Positions 37,370 to 47,101 of a stretch of DNA of 54,531 bases are shown piece by piece. Below the pieces are notes generated by a model. That model ran no database searches, was not told the origin of the DNA, and saw only the letters and a program-made list of their open reading frames with translations. Position 1 is the first letter of the stretch. Each line of letters begins with the position of its first letter. The position numbers and the translations under genes were made by a program. Source of the DNA: a bacterium (GTDB taxonomy: Bacteria; Methylomirabilota; Methylomirabilia; CAVQYV01). The stretch covers positions 1 through 54,531 of the forward strand of contig JAZDMQ010000114.1 in assembly GCA_043800755.1 (NCBI GenBank), in the 5' to 3' direction.

Positions 37370-37575
37370 GTAGTTGACTTTGCTCTATTTTTTTCTTCCC
37401 AAACGGGTTGGATGATGTTAGGCTGAATTAGAGTTTTTTAGGTGCCACGGGCACAATTTGGGCACCGCAATAAAAACACAATAGCGGAAAGATTTGCAAG
37501 AGGGAAGTGAGCGAATGGCATGGCCGCTCCGAGACGTGGATTTGAACCCCTCTTTCGGCAGGAGAGCAGGTGATG

Positions 37576-37615
37576 GGCACCGGATGGATCTTATTTCGAG
37601 ATCACGGTGCCTTTT
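37576..37615 (+). terminator. Terminator-like hairpin
   Basis: GGCACCG...CGGTGCC stem with a nested GATCT/AGATC pair, followed by TTTT. Confidence 0.5.
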
Positions 37616-37821
37616 GTATTTGTGGGAAGCTGTTGCATGTTTCAAAACCCATGTTACCTTCATCAAACTCGCCAGTGGGAGTCAATGTTTGGATCGGTTA
37701 TTGTAAACAGACAGGGGTGGACCTCCTTTCTCTCATCGTTCAGCTGTCCAGGGGTTCTACCACGGGACGGAGAAAGTGCCACCCATTTCCGTTTACAATA
37801 TAAATCTCGTACCACCTCATA

Positions 37822-37850
37822 TTGACAAGAGGACGATCTTTGGGTATTTT
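37822..37850 (+). promoter_or_regulatory. Putative sigma70 promoter
   Basis: TTGACA-17 bp-TATTTT upstream of the oxidoreductase. Confidence 0.45.
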
Positions 37851-38022
37851 GAGGCTTAAACCGTCTTGGCCCCATGAGGTCTCGATTCATTGATGGCCTT
37901 AGATCAGCTGCTTCGTGAAGCCTTCCCCTTTGAGAACGAGTCGAGGAAAAAGAAGGGGCCATAGCGCAAGATAGACAATGAGAGAGTATTCAGAACCATA
38001 ACCCATCTGTAAGGAGCAAGAG

Positions 38023-39402
38023 ATGACAAATTATGTGGTCGTGGGAAATGGTGTGGCGGGTCTTCGGGCAGCAGAGGTGATTCGGAATAGCGATAGGAAT
38101 GCCAAGGTAACCATCCTCTCGGATGAGCCCTATCCTTTCTATTACCGACCTCAGTTGGCCGACTATATCGGAGGCTTAGCGAAGGAGGCCTCACTTTGGG
38201 CTCGAGGCAAGGACTTCTATGAGAAACAGAAGATCACCGCTATCCTGGGAAAGAGAGCCAAAGCGGTCGTTCCCAAGAAACAGCAGGTCATCTTAGAGGA
38301 TGGAAAGAAGGTCGATTACGATCGATTACTCCTGGCTCCCGGATGCCGCTTTCAGCTGCCACTATGGGCGGGAAGCCAATCGAGCGGCATCTTTACCCTC
38401 AGGACCCTGGACGATGCTAAGGAGATTAGCAGAACCGCTGCCAAATCGCAGAAGGCCCTCGTCGTGGGGGAGGGACTCTTCGGCCTGGAGATGGCGCGCG
38501 GCCTCCGGGAGAGGGGACTGAAGGTTTCCTATCTGTTGAGAGGGGAACACTTCTGGCCAGAGATGCTGGATGAGGTGGCCTCGGGCTTAGTGATCTCCCA
38601 TCTGAAGTCCAAAGGAATCGAGATCTTACCCGGAGAGGAAGTCAAAGAGGTCTGGGCTTCCAATGGCAGGGTCCAGGGAGTGATGACTTCGAAGGATCGA
38701 TTGATCCTGGGTCAGATGGTGGGAGTAGGGATAGATTTCCGCCCCGATGTCGAATTCTTGGCGGATAGCAAAATCAAATTGGGCAAGGGAATCCTGACGG
38801 ATGATCATCTACGCACCAATTTTCCCAATATCTTTGCTGCGGGAGATGCGGCACAGGTCTTCGATGCGTACAGGGGGGAGTCCGTGCTCCATTTCGGATG
38901 GCAAAGTGCCTGGGAACAAGGAGCGATTGCCGGAGCCAATATGGCCGGCAACGACTTGACCTATAGCGGGCGAATTCGCGCTCTCTCTATTCAAATCTAC
39001 GGCCTGGACTTCTTATCGCTGGGGGAGGGAAATCCTCAGGCTCCCGGATTTAAGGGGATGACCGGGGATTATCCCGAGATGGGGATCTATAAGAAACTGG
39101 TGCTGAAGGAAAATCGGGTGGTGGGTGCCCTCCTTCTGGGCAGCATCAGCGAGGCCAGCCCCATCGAAGACTTGATTCTGAATCGGGCGGAGATCTCCCA
39201 GGTGGATAAGAAGCTCCTGATGCGCGTCTTCGATTTCTACTACTGGATGAGCAGCGGGTTGGAGGTATTGTGCCCTGTCTGTAAACTGAATGTCCAGCTA
39301 AAAGAAAAGGCGAAGGAGGGAGACCTGATCACCTGCCCGATCTGCGGAGTAGAATTCACGCTGGCCAAGATGAATGGAAGATTCAAGGCGGTCAGGGCCT
39401 GA
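38023..39402 (+). CDS. FAD/NAD(P)H-dependent oxidoreductase (NirB/rubredoxin-reductase-like) with C-terminal CxxC..CxxC domain
   Basis: VVVGNGVAG, YYRPQL, IFAAGD, YKKLVL; C-terminal CPVC..CPICG. Confidence 0.88.
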   Translation: MTNYVVVGNGVAGLRAAEVIRNSDRNAKVTILSDEPYPFYYRPQLADYIGGLAKEASLWARGKDFYEKQKITAILGKRAKAVVPKKQQVILEDGKKVDYDRLLLAPGCRFQLPLWAGSQSSGIFTLRTLDDAKEISRTAAKSQKALVVGEGLFGLEMARGLRERGLKVSYLLRGEHFWPEMLDEVASGLVISHLKSKGIEILPGEEVKEVWASNGRVQGVMTSKDRLILGQMVGVGIDFRPDVEFLADSKIKLGKGILTDDHLRTNFPNIFAAGDAAQVFDAYRGESVLHFGWQSAWEQGAIAGANMAGNDLTYSGRIRALSIQIYGLDFLSLGEGNPQAPGFKGMTGDYPEMGIYKKLVLKENRVVGALLLGSISEASPIEDLILNRAEISQVDKKLLMRVFDFYYWMSSGLEVLCPVCKLNVQLKEKAKEGDLITCPICGVEFTLAKMNGRFKAVRA

Positions 39403-39423
39403 GCTGGAGACGAGGGATGGGCA

Positions 39424-40437
39424 TCAGGCCAGAGCTTCCCGAAGCTTGCTGGCCGCTTCTTCAGGGGGGTTGGGATTGGAATAGCCCGAGCCCCATTCAA
39501 ACCCCGCAACCCGGATCGGGCAGGGCATAATCTCCAGGTGCCAATGGAAGGCCTCCTCTATCCATCCGGGCTCCTCCCCGTTCATCGGAGCATTCGGGGC
39601 GATGTGGAGGAGGAAGTTGTAGGCCGGGTCCCCCAGGGTCTGCGAGAGGGCCGTCAGGATTGCCTTGAGGGCCCGCGCCAGGTCCACCGTCTCCTCCTTG
39701 CTGATGTGGGTAAAGCAGCAGTCGTGCCTTTTGGGCACCAGCCAGGTTTCGAAGGGAAAACGGGAGGCAAAGGGGGCGTAGCTCAGGAAATGCTCGGTCT
39801 GCATCACCACCCGGCGGTCCTGCTCCCCCTCCTGCCGGCTGATATCGCAGAAGACGCACCTCTCTTTCATCCGGAAGTATCTCTTGGCCCCCTCCAATTC
39901 CTCGACCACCGCCTTGGGGACGATGGGGAGGGCGATGAGCTGGGAGTGAGGGTGGGCCAAGAGGGCCCCCGCCTCCATCCCATGATTCTTGAAGACCTGG
40001 ATATAGCGGAGGCGGCGATCCTTTTGCAGGTCCAGGATCCGATCGCGATAGGCGCAGAAGATCTTTTCTATTTGTCCCTCGCTCATCTGCGAGAGGCCTA
40101 TCTCGTGCTCCGGACTCTCCACCAAGACCTCGTGGGCCCCCACCCCGTTCATCAGGTCGAAGACCCCGATCCCTCGGCGTTCGAGGTCCCCTTCGACATA
40201 CAATACCGGTGCCCGGTTGGGAAACACCCGTACCCACCAGCCTGGACCGTTGACCGGGCTTCCCTTCTCCCGGTCAGCGATGATCTCGGGAGGGGTTTTC
40301 CCCTCGTTCCCCGGACAGAAAGGACAGGTTCCCCGCTCCGGCGGCCGGGTGCCTCCGTGAAAGACCACCTCCCCCACCGGGCTGGTGCCCATGACCACCC
40401 ATCTCTCGGTAATGGGATCCTTCCTCAGTTCCGACAA
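39424..40437 (-). CDS. galT: Galactose-1-phosphate uridylyltransferase (GalT/HIT-like)
   Basis: ELRKDP, CPFCPGNE, HEVLVESP, HPHSQ, HWHLEI; TTG start. Confidence 0.9.
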   Translation of the reverse strand: MSELRKDPITERWVVMGTSPVGEVVFHGGTRPPERGTCPFCPGNEGKTPPEIIADREKGSPVNGPGWWVRVFPNRAPVLYVEGDLERRGIGVFDLMNGVGAHEVLVESPEHEIGLSQMSEGQIEKIFCAYRDRILDLQKDRRLRYIQVFKNHGMEAGALLAHPHSQLIALPIVPKAVVEELEGAKRYFRMKERCVFCDISRQEGEQDRRVVMQTEHFLSYAPFASRFPFETWLVPKRHDCCFTHISKEETVDLARALKAILTALSQTLGDPAYNFLLHIAPNAPMNGEEPGWIEEAFHWHLEIMPCPIRVAGFEWGSGYSNPNPPEEAASKLREALA

Positions 40438-40453
40438 GGCCCTTCTCCCCGTT

Positions 40454-41842
40454 TTAACCCACCAGATTATAGGCCCGGAGCCGAAAGGAAACCCCCAGCT
40501 CCTCTTCGATGATCCGGCGGCATTTCGCCACATCTACCTCGGGGTGATCAACCACGGTGGCAATCACCCGGGGGATATATCGTTTCGCCTCTCGGATAAA
40601 GGATTTGATGGCCTCATAGGATTCCTTCCCCCAGCGGGGGCGGCAAAGGGCCTGGTACTTCTCCGCATCCTCGGCATTGAGGCTCACCGACAGGACATCG
40701 ACCAGCCCAGCCAGCTCGGGGAGGATATCCCGGCCGTGGATCAGGTTCCCCAAACCATTGGTATTGAGGCGAACCTTCAGGCCCCTTCGCTTCAGCTCCC
40801 TGGCCACCTCTCTTACCAGCTCCAGGCGCAGCAAGGGTTCCCCATAGCCGCAAAAGACCACTTCCTCATAGTGGTCGGCCTCCCTCGTCGCCAGCAAGAC
40901 CTCCCGGAGGCTGGGCTCATGATCCAGCTTCAGATTGTGACCCATTACATAGGGATCTGTCTGGCGCTGACAGAAGACGCAGGCATTGGTACACCGATTG
41001 GTCAGGTTGAGGTAAAGGGAGTGCCGGATGGCGTAGGTAATCCCTCCTGGCGCCGGAGGGGCCAGATCGAAGAGGGATCTGGCATTGGCGGTGGTGAATC
41101 GGGCCACATCAGGGAGGCTGACCCCCTTGAGGCGCGCCACCTCCTGGGCGATCAGGCAAAGGTAGGCGGGCTCATTTCTCTTCCCCCGATAGCCCTGGGG
41201 GGAGAGATAGGGACAATCCGTCTCTAAGAGCAGGCGTTGGGGAGGGAGTTGCGCGACGACCTCTTTAAGCCCCTCGGATTTGGGAAAGGTGATCGGCCCG
41301 GCGACCGAAATGGAGAAACGCATCTGCCCGGCCTCCTCGGCCATTTTCAGCCCTCCGGAGAAGCAGTGCATCACGCCTCCCACTTCCTCCGCCCTCTCCT
41401 GCTTCAGGATGGCCAGGGTGTCCGCCTCCGCCTCACGGGAGTGGATGATGAGGGGAAGATGGGCCTCCTTGGCCCAGTTTACATGCTGGCGGAAGACCTC
41501 TTGTTGCGCCTCGGGGGGAGAATGCCGGTAATGATAATCCAGACCCGTCTCCCCAATGGCCACCACAGCCTCCTCGTTTGCCAGGGAACGGAGCTGGTCC
41601 CAGATCGCCGATCTGGCATTGCGGGCCTCATGGGGATGGAGGCCGATGGAGGCGTAGAGGAAGGGAAACTGCTGCGCCAGCTCGATGGCCTTTTGGCTCT
41701 CCTTCAGATCAGAGCCAATCACCACGATCGCTTCCACGCCGGCGTCATGAGCCCGTTGCAGGACCTCTTCCCGGTCGGAGGCAAATTCCTCCATCCCCAG
41801 GTGGGCGTGGGTGTCGATGAGGACCTCTTTCTCCTCCTTCAT
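40454..41842 (-). CDS. tatD: TatD DNase fused to a TatD-associated radical SAM domain
   Basis: IDTHAH, IGETGLDY, HSRE, HCFSG, ETDCPY; then TNRCTNACVFC, FCGYGEP. Confidence 0.9.
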   Translation of the reverse strand: MKEEKEVLIDTHAHLGMEEFASDREEVLQRAHDAGVEAIVVIGSDLKESQKAIELAQQFPFLYASIGLHPHEARNARSAIWDQLRSLANEEAVVAIGETGLDYHYRHSPPEAQQEVFRQHVNWAKEAHLPLIIHSREAEADTLAILKQERAEEVGGVMHCFSGGLKMAEEAGQMRFSISVAGPITFPKSEGLKEVVAQLPPQRLLLETDCPYLSPQGYRGKRNEPAYLCLIAQEVARLKGVSLPDVARFTTANARSLFDLAPPAPGGITYAIRHSLYLNLTNRCTNACVFCQRQTDPYVMGHNLKLDHEPSLREVLLATREADHYEEVVFCGYGEPLLRLELVREVARELKRRGLKVRLNTNGLGNLIHGRDILPELAGLVDVLSVSLNAEDAEKYQALCRPRWGKESYEAIKSFIREAKRYIPRVIATVVDHPEVDVAKCRRIIEEELGVSFRLRAYNLVG

Positions 41843-43779
41843 CGCACCCTCATACCGAGTGGGACATCTCGTTCGGGCACCACCAGTACGACTTCGCCCT
41901 CCTCCCCAGAGGCGGCCAGGATCATCCCCTGAGACTCGATCCCCATCAGCTTGGCCGGCTTCAGGTTCGCCACGATGACCACCTTCTTGCCTACCAGATC
42001 CTGGGGCTGATGGGTCTGGGCGATCCCGGCGAGAACGGTGCGGGTCTCGGTCCCCAGGTTGACCTTCAGTTGAATCAGCTTCTTCGAACCCTTGATCGAA
42101 TCGGCGGCGAGGACCTCTGCCACCCGAAGGTCGAGGCGGGCAAACTCCTCGATGCTGATCTCCTGTCTGGCCCTTTCCTCAACCGGGGCGGCTTCCGGGG
42201 CAGGGGGCTTCTCGGCCCGACCCTCGCCCTCTTCACCCCCGGAGAGGGTCAATCCCTTTTCCAGCCGCGGAAAGAGCGCCTCTCCTTTCCTGATCTGGAA
42301 CGATCCCCTTCCGCCGCCCCAGCGCCAGGTCTCCTCCCCTACACACTCCTCCGGCCTCCCCGGAAGGCCCAATTGACTCCACATCTTGGAGGCGGTCCCG
42401 GGCATGAAGGGGAAGAGGTGCAGGGTGACGAGGCGAAGCCCCTCCGCCAATTCATAGAGCACTCCCTCCAGCTCCCCCTTTTTCTCCTCCTCCTTGGCCA
42501 GATTCCAGGGGGCCCTTTCATCCACGAAGCGATTCATCTCCCTGATAAAATCCCAGATCCGTCCCAGGGCGCGGTGAAACGCCAATCCCTCCATCAGGCC
42601 CGGGATCTCCTCCATCATCTCCTTGGCCTGAAGAGGCAGCGGCCCCTTCGATCCCCTCGGTCCGGCCAGGATCCCCTCCTGGTAGCGCTCAATCATGGTG
42701 AGTACCCTAGAGAAGAGGTTGCCCAGATCGTTGGCCAGGTCTCCATTGATGCGGCCAATCAGGGCCGACCGGGAGAAATCCCCATCCAGGCCGAAGGGGA
42801 CCTCTCGCAAGACGAAGTAGCGAAAGGCATCCGCTCCGAACTCGTCGATCAGCCGATTGGGCTCCACCACATTGCGGACCGACTTGGACATCTTCCTCCC
42901 CTCCACGGTCCACCAACCATGGGCAAAGACCTTTCCCGGGACCGGAAGATCCGCAGCCATCAGGAGGGCCGGCCAATAAACGGCGTGGAAGCGGAGGATG
43001 TCCTTCCCGATGAGATGGAGGTTCGCAGGCCAAAAACGAGCGAAGCGCTCCGGGTTTTCCTCGTAGCCAGCCGCAGTAATATAGTTGGCCAGGGCATCCA
43101 CCCAGACATACATGACATGCCTCGGATCTCCCGGGACCGGGATCCCCCAGGAGAAGGAGGTACGGCTGATGCTGAGGTCCTTCAGCCCTCCCTCCACGAA
43201 ACTGACGATCTCGTTGCGGCGGCTTACAGGCTGGATGAAATCGGGGTAACTCCGGATGTGATTCAGGAGGGGTTCTTGGTATTTGGACATGCGGAAGAAA
43301 TAGCTCTCCTCCTTCAGCCTCTCGGTGGGGCGTCCGCAATCCGGACAGATATTTCCCTCCTCCATCTGGGCCTCGGGGATGAAGGTCTCACAGGGGGTAC
43401 AATACCAACCCTCATATTCCCCCTTGTAGATGTCCCCCCTCTCGACAATCTTCTGGAAGAGGCGTTGCACCGCTCGCTTGTGCCGCTCCTGGGTGGTGCG
43501 GATGAAATCATCATTAGAGATCTCCAGGCGCCTCCAAAGGGCCTTGAACCGATCCACCATCCGGTCCGCCAGCTCGATGGGCCTCTCCCCTCTCTCTTTC
43601 GCGGCCCTCTCCACCTTCTGGCCGTGCTCGTCCGTGCCGGTGAGAAAGAAGACATCTCCCCCCCGCAGCCGCATATAGCGGGCCAGCACATCGGCCGCCA
43701 CCGTGGTATAGGCATGCCCCAAGTGCGGCTGATCATTCACATAGTAGATGGGGGTTGTCAGGTAGTATTTGAAGCCCAT
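41839..43779 (-). CDS. metG: Methionine--tRNA ligase with C-terminal tRNA-binding domain
   Basis: TTPIYYVN..HLGH, GTDEHG, KMSKS, C-terminal OB (ESQGMIL). ATG 43779 has a GGAGG RBS. Confidence 0.97.
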   Translation of the reverse strand: MGFKYYLTTPIYYVNDQPHLGHAYTTVAADVLARYMRLRGGDVFFLTGTDEHGQKVERAAKERGERPIELADRMVDRFKALWRRLEISNDDFIRTTQERHKRAVQRLFQKIVERGDIYKGEYEGWYCTPCETFIPEAQMEEGNICPDCGRPTERLKEESYFFRMSKYQEPLLNHIRSYPDFIQPVSRRNEIVSFVEGGLKDLSISRTSFSWGIPVPGDPRHVMYVWVDALANYITAAGYEENPERFARFWPANLHLIGKDILRFHAVYWPALLMAADLPVPGKVFAHGWWTVEGRKMSKSVRNVVEPNRLIDEFGADAFRYFVLREVPFGLDGDFSRSALIGRINGDLANDLGNLFSRVLTMIERYQEGILAGPRGSKGPLPLQAKEMMEEIPGLMEGLAFHRALGRIWDFIREMNRFVDERAPWNLAKEEEKKGELEGVLYELAEGLRLVTLHLFPFMPGTASKMWSQLGLPGRPEECVGEETWRWGGGRGSFQIRKGEALFPRLEKGLTLSGGEEGEGRAEKPPAPEAAPVEERARQEISIEEFARLDLRVAEVLAADSIKGSKKLIQLKVNLGTETRTVLAGIAQTHQPQDLVGKKVVIVANLKPAKLMGIESQGMILAASGEEGEVVLVVPERDVPLGMRVR

Positions 43780-43799
43780 CGCTTCCCTCCCCATGAAGT

Positions 43800-44594
43800 T
43801 CAATGCAAAAGTTGATCGGCCGGAAACTCTGCTTCCTGGCCTGAATCAAGCTCGATAATGGCCTTCTGTCCCAAGATGTTCAACTGCTTCACCACCCCCG
43901 GCCCCTTGGGGGTCTTCACCTTGCTCCCCACCCGGGGAAGGGTTTTTTTTAGCTCCTCATAGGTTTGGTACTCGTAGGATAGACAGCACATGAGCCGGCC
44001 GCAGACACCCGAGATCTTGCTTGGATTTAAAGAGAGATTTTGTTCCTTGGCCATCCGAATCGAGACCGGCTCGAACTCGTGCAGGAAGGTGCGGCAGCAG
44101 AGGAGGCGCCCACAGCAGCCCAGCCCACCCATGCGTTTGGCTTGATCCCTCACCCCAATCTGCCTCACCTCAATTCGGGTCCGGTACTCCTTCACCAATT
44201 CCCTCACCAGCTCCCGGAAGTCCACCCGGGTTTCGGAGGTGAAATTGAAGACCACCCTGGCCCCATCGAAGCCGAAGCGAACATCCACCAATTTCATGGG
44301 AAGCTCTCGGCTCCTGATCTTGTTGAAGCAGAACTTGAAGGCCTCTTCCTCCTGCAACCGAAGGTGTTGGAATCGACCCAATTCCTCCTCCGTCGCCTTG
44401 CGGAGGATGGGCTTCAGGGGCTTCTTCAACTTCTCCTCGGAGACCGGCTTCGGACTGGCCACCACCCACCCCATCTCCGTCCCTTGCTCGGTCTCTACGA
44501 TCACCGCCTCCCCTTTGTTCAGCTCCATGCTGTCGGCATCGAAATCGAAGCACTTGCCGAATTCTTCGAATCTAATCTTCACCACGATGGGCAT
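43800..44594 (-). CDS. ricT: PSP1-domain protein RicT/YaaT
   Basis: RVDFRELV, RQIGVRD, GCCGRLLCC, ISGVCGRLMCCL. Confidence 0.92.
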   Translation of the reverse strand: MPIVVKIRFEEFGKCFDFDADSMELNKGEAVIVETEQGTEMGWVVASPKPVSEEKLKKPLKPILRKATEEELGRFQHLRLQEEEAFKFCFNKIRSRELPMKLVDVRFGFDGARVVFNFTSETRVDFRELVRELVKEYRTRIEVRQIGVRDQAKRMGGLGCCGRLLCCRTFLHEFEPVSIRMAKEQNLSLNPSKISGVCGRLMCCLSYEYQTYEELKKTLPRVGSKVKTPKGPGVVKQLNILGQKAIIELDSGQEAEFPADQLLH

Positions 44595-45615
44595 AGGTTA
44601 TCTCTTCCCTTGGTTGTAACGCAGATCTCATGCGGATGAACATGCACTCTAAGGACAGACGCGGGTTGGCATAGCGGGAGATCGCCTGAATGGTCTCCTG
44701 GATGATGGCAAAGAACCGGGTGATAACCTTGCAGGAAAAGGATTCGGCCTCTTCGCGAATCCGATCGCCTCGATCGCAGTTCACCAGCAGGGCCCCCTGC
44801 TTGGTACTCCGATAGATCCCCAGGTCCCGGACCCAGATGAGCAAGTAGTGCAGCCTCTCCGATAGGCGATCCTTGTCCTTGACCCAGGACTCTGCCAGAT
44901 TTAGGGTCTGACAGGTCCCTCCCTGAAGCACAGAGGCCAGATCAGCGATGACCTCATCGCGGAGCGAAAACAGGTCCTCAGCCTCGGCCCTCAGGGACCG
45001 GCCGAGGCTGCCCCCGGTAAGGGAGGCAACGAAATGCGCCCTCTCCTTATCCCAGGATCGAGCCTTCATCAGATAGGAGGACAACTCCCCCGGGGGCAAG
45101 GCATTGAATCGGATCCGCTGCGTCCGGGAGAGGACGGTGGGAAGGAGGGAATAGGGGCTGGAGGTGAGCAGGATGAGCAGGGCTTCTCCGGTGGGTTCCT
45201 CCAGGGTCTTCAAGAGCGCATTCTCGCACGGCTCGGTCATCTTCTCTGCCTGATCGAAGATATAAACCTTCTTCCGCCCCTCCCAGGGCTTCAGGGAGAT
45301 ATCCCGTTGGGCCTCTCGCGCCTGCTCGATCTTGAGGGAAGGTTCCGTCTTCGGGGAACTCGCCTGGGGCTCGATAACGCTTACATCCGGATGGATCCCC
45401 TTGTCGATCTTTTGGCAGGGGAGGCAGGAATCGCAGCCATCGGGCCCGACCTTTCCCTCACAATTGACCGCCTTCGCCAGGTTGAGGGCCACCAGCCTCT
45501 TTCCAATCCCATCCGGCCCCTCGAAGAGGTAGACGGAAGGGAGGCGCCCTCCCGCAATCGCCCGTTGCAGAATGGCGATGGGTCGCTTATGCCCTACGAT
45601 CTCCTTAAAAGACAT
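44572..45615 (-). CDS. holB: DNA polymerase III subunit delta'
   Basis: GPDGIGK, CDSCLPC, HPD, NALLKTLEEP, TVLSR. Confidence 0.95.
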   Translation of the reverse strand: MSFKEIVGHKRPIAILQRAIAGGRLPSVYLFEGPDGIGKRLVALNLAKAVNCEGKVGPDGCDSCLPCQKIDKGIHPDVSVIEPQASSPKTEPSLKIEQAREAQRDISLKPWEGRKKVYIFDQAEKMTEPCENALLKTLEEPTGEALLILLTSSPYSLLPTVLSRTQRIRFNALPPGELSSYLMKARSWDKERAHFVASLTGGSLGRSLRAEAEDLFSLRDEVIADLASVLQGGTCQTLNLAESWVKDKDRLSERLHYLLIWVRDLGIYRSTKQGALLVNCDRGDRIREEAESFSCKVITRFFAIIQETIQAISRYANPRLSLECMFIRMRSALQPREEITYAHRGED

Positions 45616-45621
45616 AGCTCC

Positions 45622-46260
45622 TCATCCCTGCCCGAGGCGCGGAAGAAAGGAAGCGGGGAGATGGGCCCTGATCTCGGCGGCCACCTCGAGGGTTCCCCTC
45701 TCTGCCCGGATCACCTTGATCCGTCCGGGATTCTGCAGGGCCAGCTCCAGGTATCCCTCCCTCACCCTTTGGTGAAAGGCGAGGCCTTCTCCCTCCAGGC
45801 GATCGCGGCCCCGACGCGAGATTCGATCGAGGCCTGCTTTCGCCTCCATATCCAGCAGGAAAGTCAGATCGGGGATGGCATCCTTCACCACCTCATGGTT
45901 GATCTGCTCAATCATGTTCAGATCCAGCCCCCGTCCATATCCTTGATAGGCGACCGTGGCATCCCAATAGCGGTCGCAGAGAACGATCCCCCCAGCCTCC
46001 AGGGCGGGCCTAAACACCTCTTCCACCAATTGGGCACGGCAGCTGAGGTAGAGGAGGAGCTCCGTTAGGGGCGAGATCTTTACCCCGTCGGCCCTCAGGA
46101 GCAAGGTCCTCACCTGCTCTCCCAGCCCTGTCCCCCCGGGCTCGCGGGTCCTCAACACCTTCTTGCCCTGCTCCTCCAGATGGGCGGCCAAGAGCTCCAC
46201 TTGAGTGGTCTTGCCGGACCCCTCCCCTCCTTCCAGGGTGATCAAAAATCCTTTACGCAA
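45622..46260 (-). CDS. tmk: Thymidylate kinase
   Basis: EGGEGSGKTT, TREPGG, CDRY, AYQG. Confidence 0.96.
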   Translation of the reverse strand: MRKGFLITLEGGEGSGKTTQVELLAAHLEEQGKKVLRTREPGGTGLGEQVRTLLLRADGVKISPLTELLLYLSCRAQLVEEVFRPALEAGGIVLCDRYWDATVAYQGYGRGLDLNMIEQINHEVVKDAIPDLTFLLDMEAKAGLDRISRRGRDRLEGEGLAFHQRVREGYLELALQNPGRIKVIRAERGTLEVAAEIRAHLPASFLPRLGQG

Positions 46261-46261
46261 C

Positions 46262-47086
46262 CTAATGGCCTCGGCCGGGGGCGCTGGCCTGCTTCTTCCT
46301 CTTCTCCAGCACCATCGTAGCGGCCCGGGAAACGGCCCCGGGGATATTTCTGTCCTTCGCCAGCCCGGACAGCTCCCGGTCAGACAACCCGGAGATGCCC
46401 AGGTTCAAGGAGACCGAAACCGGGGTCTTGGGGTTATGGAGGAGGTTTAACACCACCAGCTTGTTGGAGCGATAGCGGCGACTGTTGGCAATGGACCGGA
46501 GGACCTTTTCCGAGACATCCTTCAGTTGGCTGATGTGAATGATCTCGGAATCGGTGATACGGGGAGAGGAGACCACTTCCAGGGCCACCATCTCGTTGGG
46601 ATCCCGGATCAGGATCATGCGGACTTCCTTATTGCCCTTCTTGGCCAATGCCAACCGCTGCCCTGAAGATAACTCCTTGATCATCCGGTAGAGGTCCTGT
46701 TTCTTCTTCCCCTTATTTTCCTTCCCCTCGGGCTGGCCTTCCGCCTGCTTCTCGGCCTCCCTCTGCAGTTGGCCCGTGACCTCCGGACCGAGATGGGGAT
46801 TGGCCAACAGGGCCTTGCGCACCTTCGGGAATTTGCCCAGGAGCGCCTTGTCCTGGGCGATCGACTCCGCCAGGCTCTGAGCTGCATTCTCCGCGATGTA
46901 GTACAGAGTGGCTGCTGAGGCCCCTGGGTGGTGGAGGATCGCCCAGCACACCTCCTGGTCGTGGAGCCAGATCCGGACCATATCCTCCAGGATCTGGCCG
47001 CTCGCCTCCTCGTCTTGCAGCATCGCCAGGATCCGATCCCGCGGCAGCTCCTTCAGCATCCCCTCCGAGGTCTGCTCATCTGCCAT
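46262..47086 (-). CDS. Conserved hypothetical helical-repeat protein
   Basis: LAKKGNKEVRMILIRD, SPRITDSE, NPKTP; sits within the operon. Confidence 0.8.
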   Translation of the reverse strand: MADEQTSEGMLKELPRDRILAMLQDEEASGQILEDMVRIWLHDQEVCWAILHHPGASAATLYYIAENAAQSLAESIAQDKALLGKFPKVRKALLANPHLGPEVTGQLQREAEKQAEGQPEGKENKGKKKQDLYRMIKELSSGQRLALAKKGNKEVRMILIRDPNEMVALEVVSSPRITDSEIIHISQLKDVSEKVLRSIANSRRYRSNKLVVLNLLHNPKTPVSVSLNLGISGLSDRELSGLAKDRNIPGAVSRAATMVLEKRKKQASAPGRGH

Positions 47087-47101
47087 GGATCCCTCCTCCC
47101 C

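Noticed and set aside
37569-37590. GGTGATGGGCACC resembling the start of a fluoride riboswitch
   Set aside because: Downstream conserved elements are not visible and no fluoride-related gene follows.
42010-43815. 601-aa plus-strand ORF, and similar long antisense ORFs (8783-10225, 24113-25282, 32785-33852)
   Set aside because: Shadow frames opposite well-conserved genes in GC-rich DNA; no recognisable motifs.
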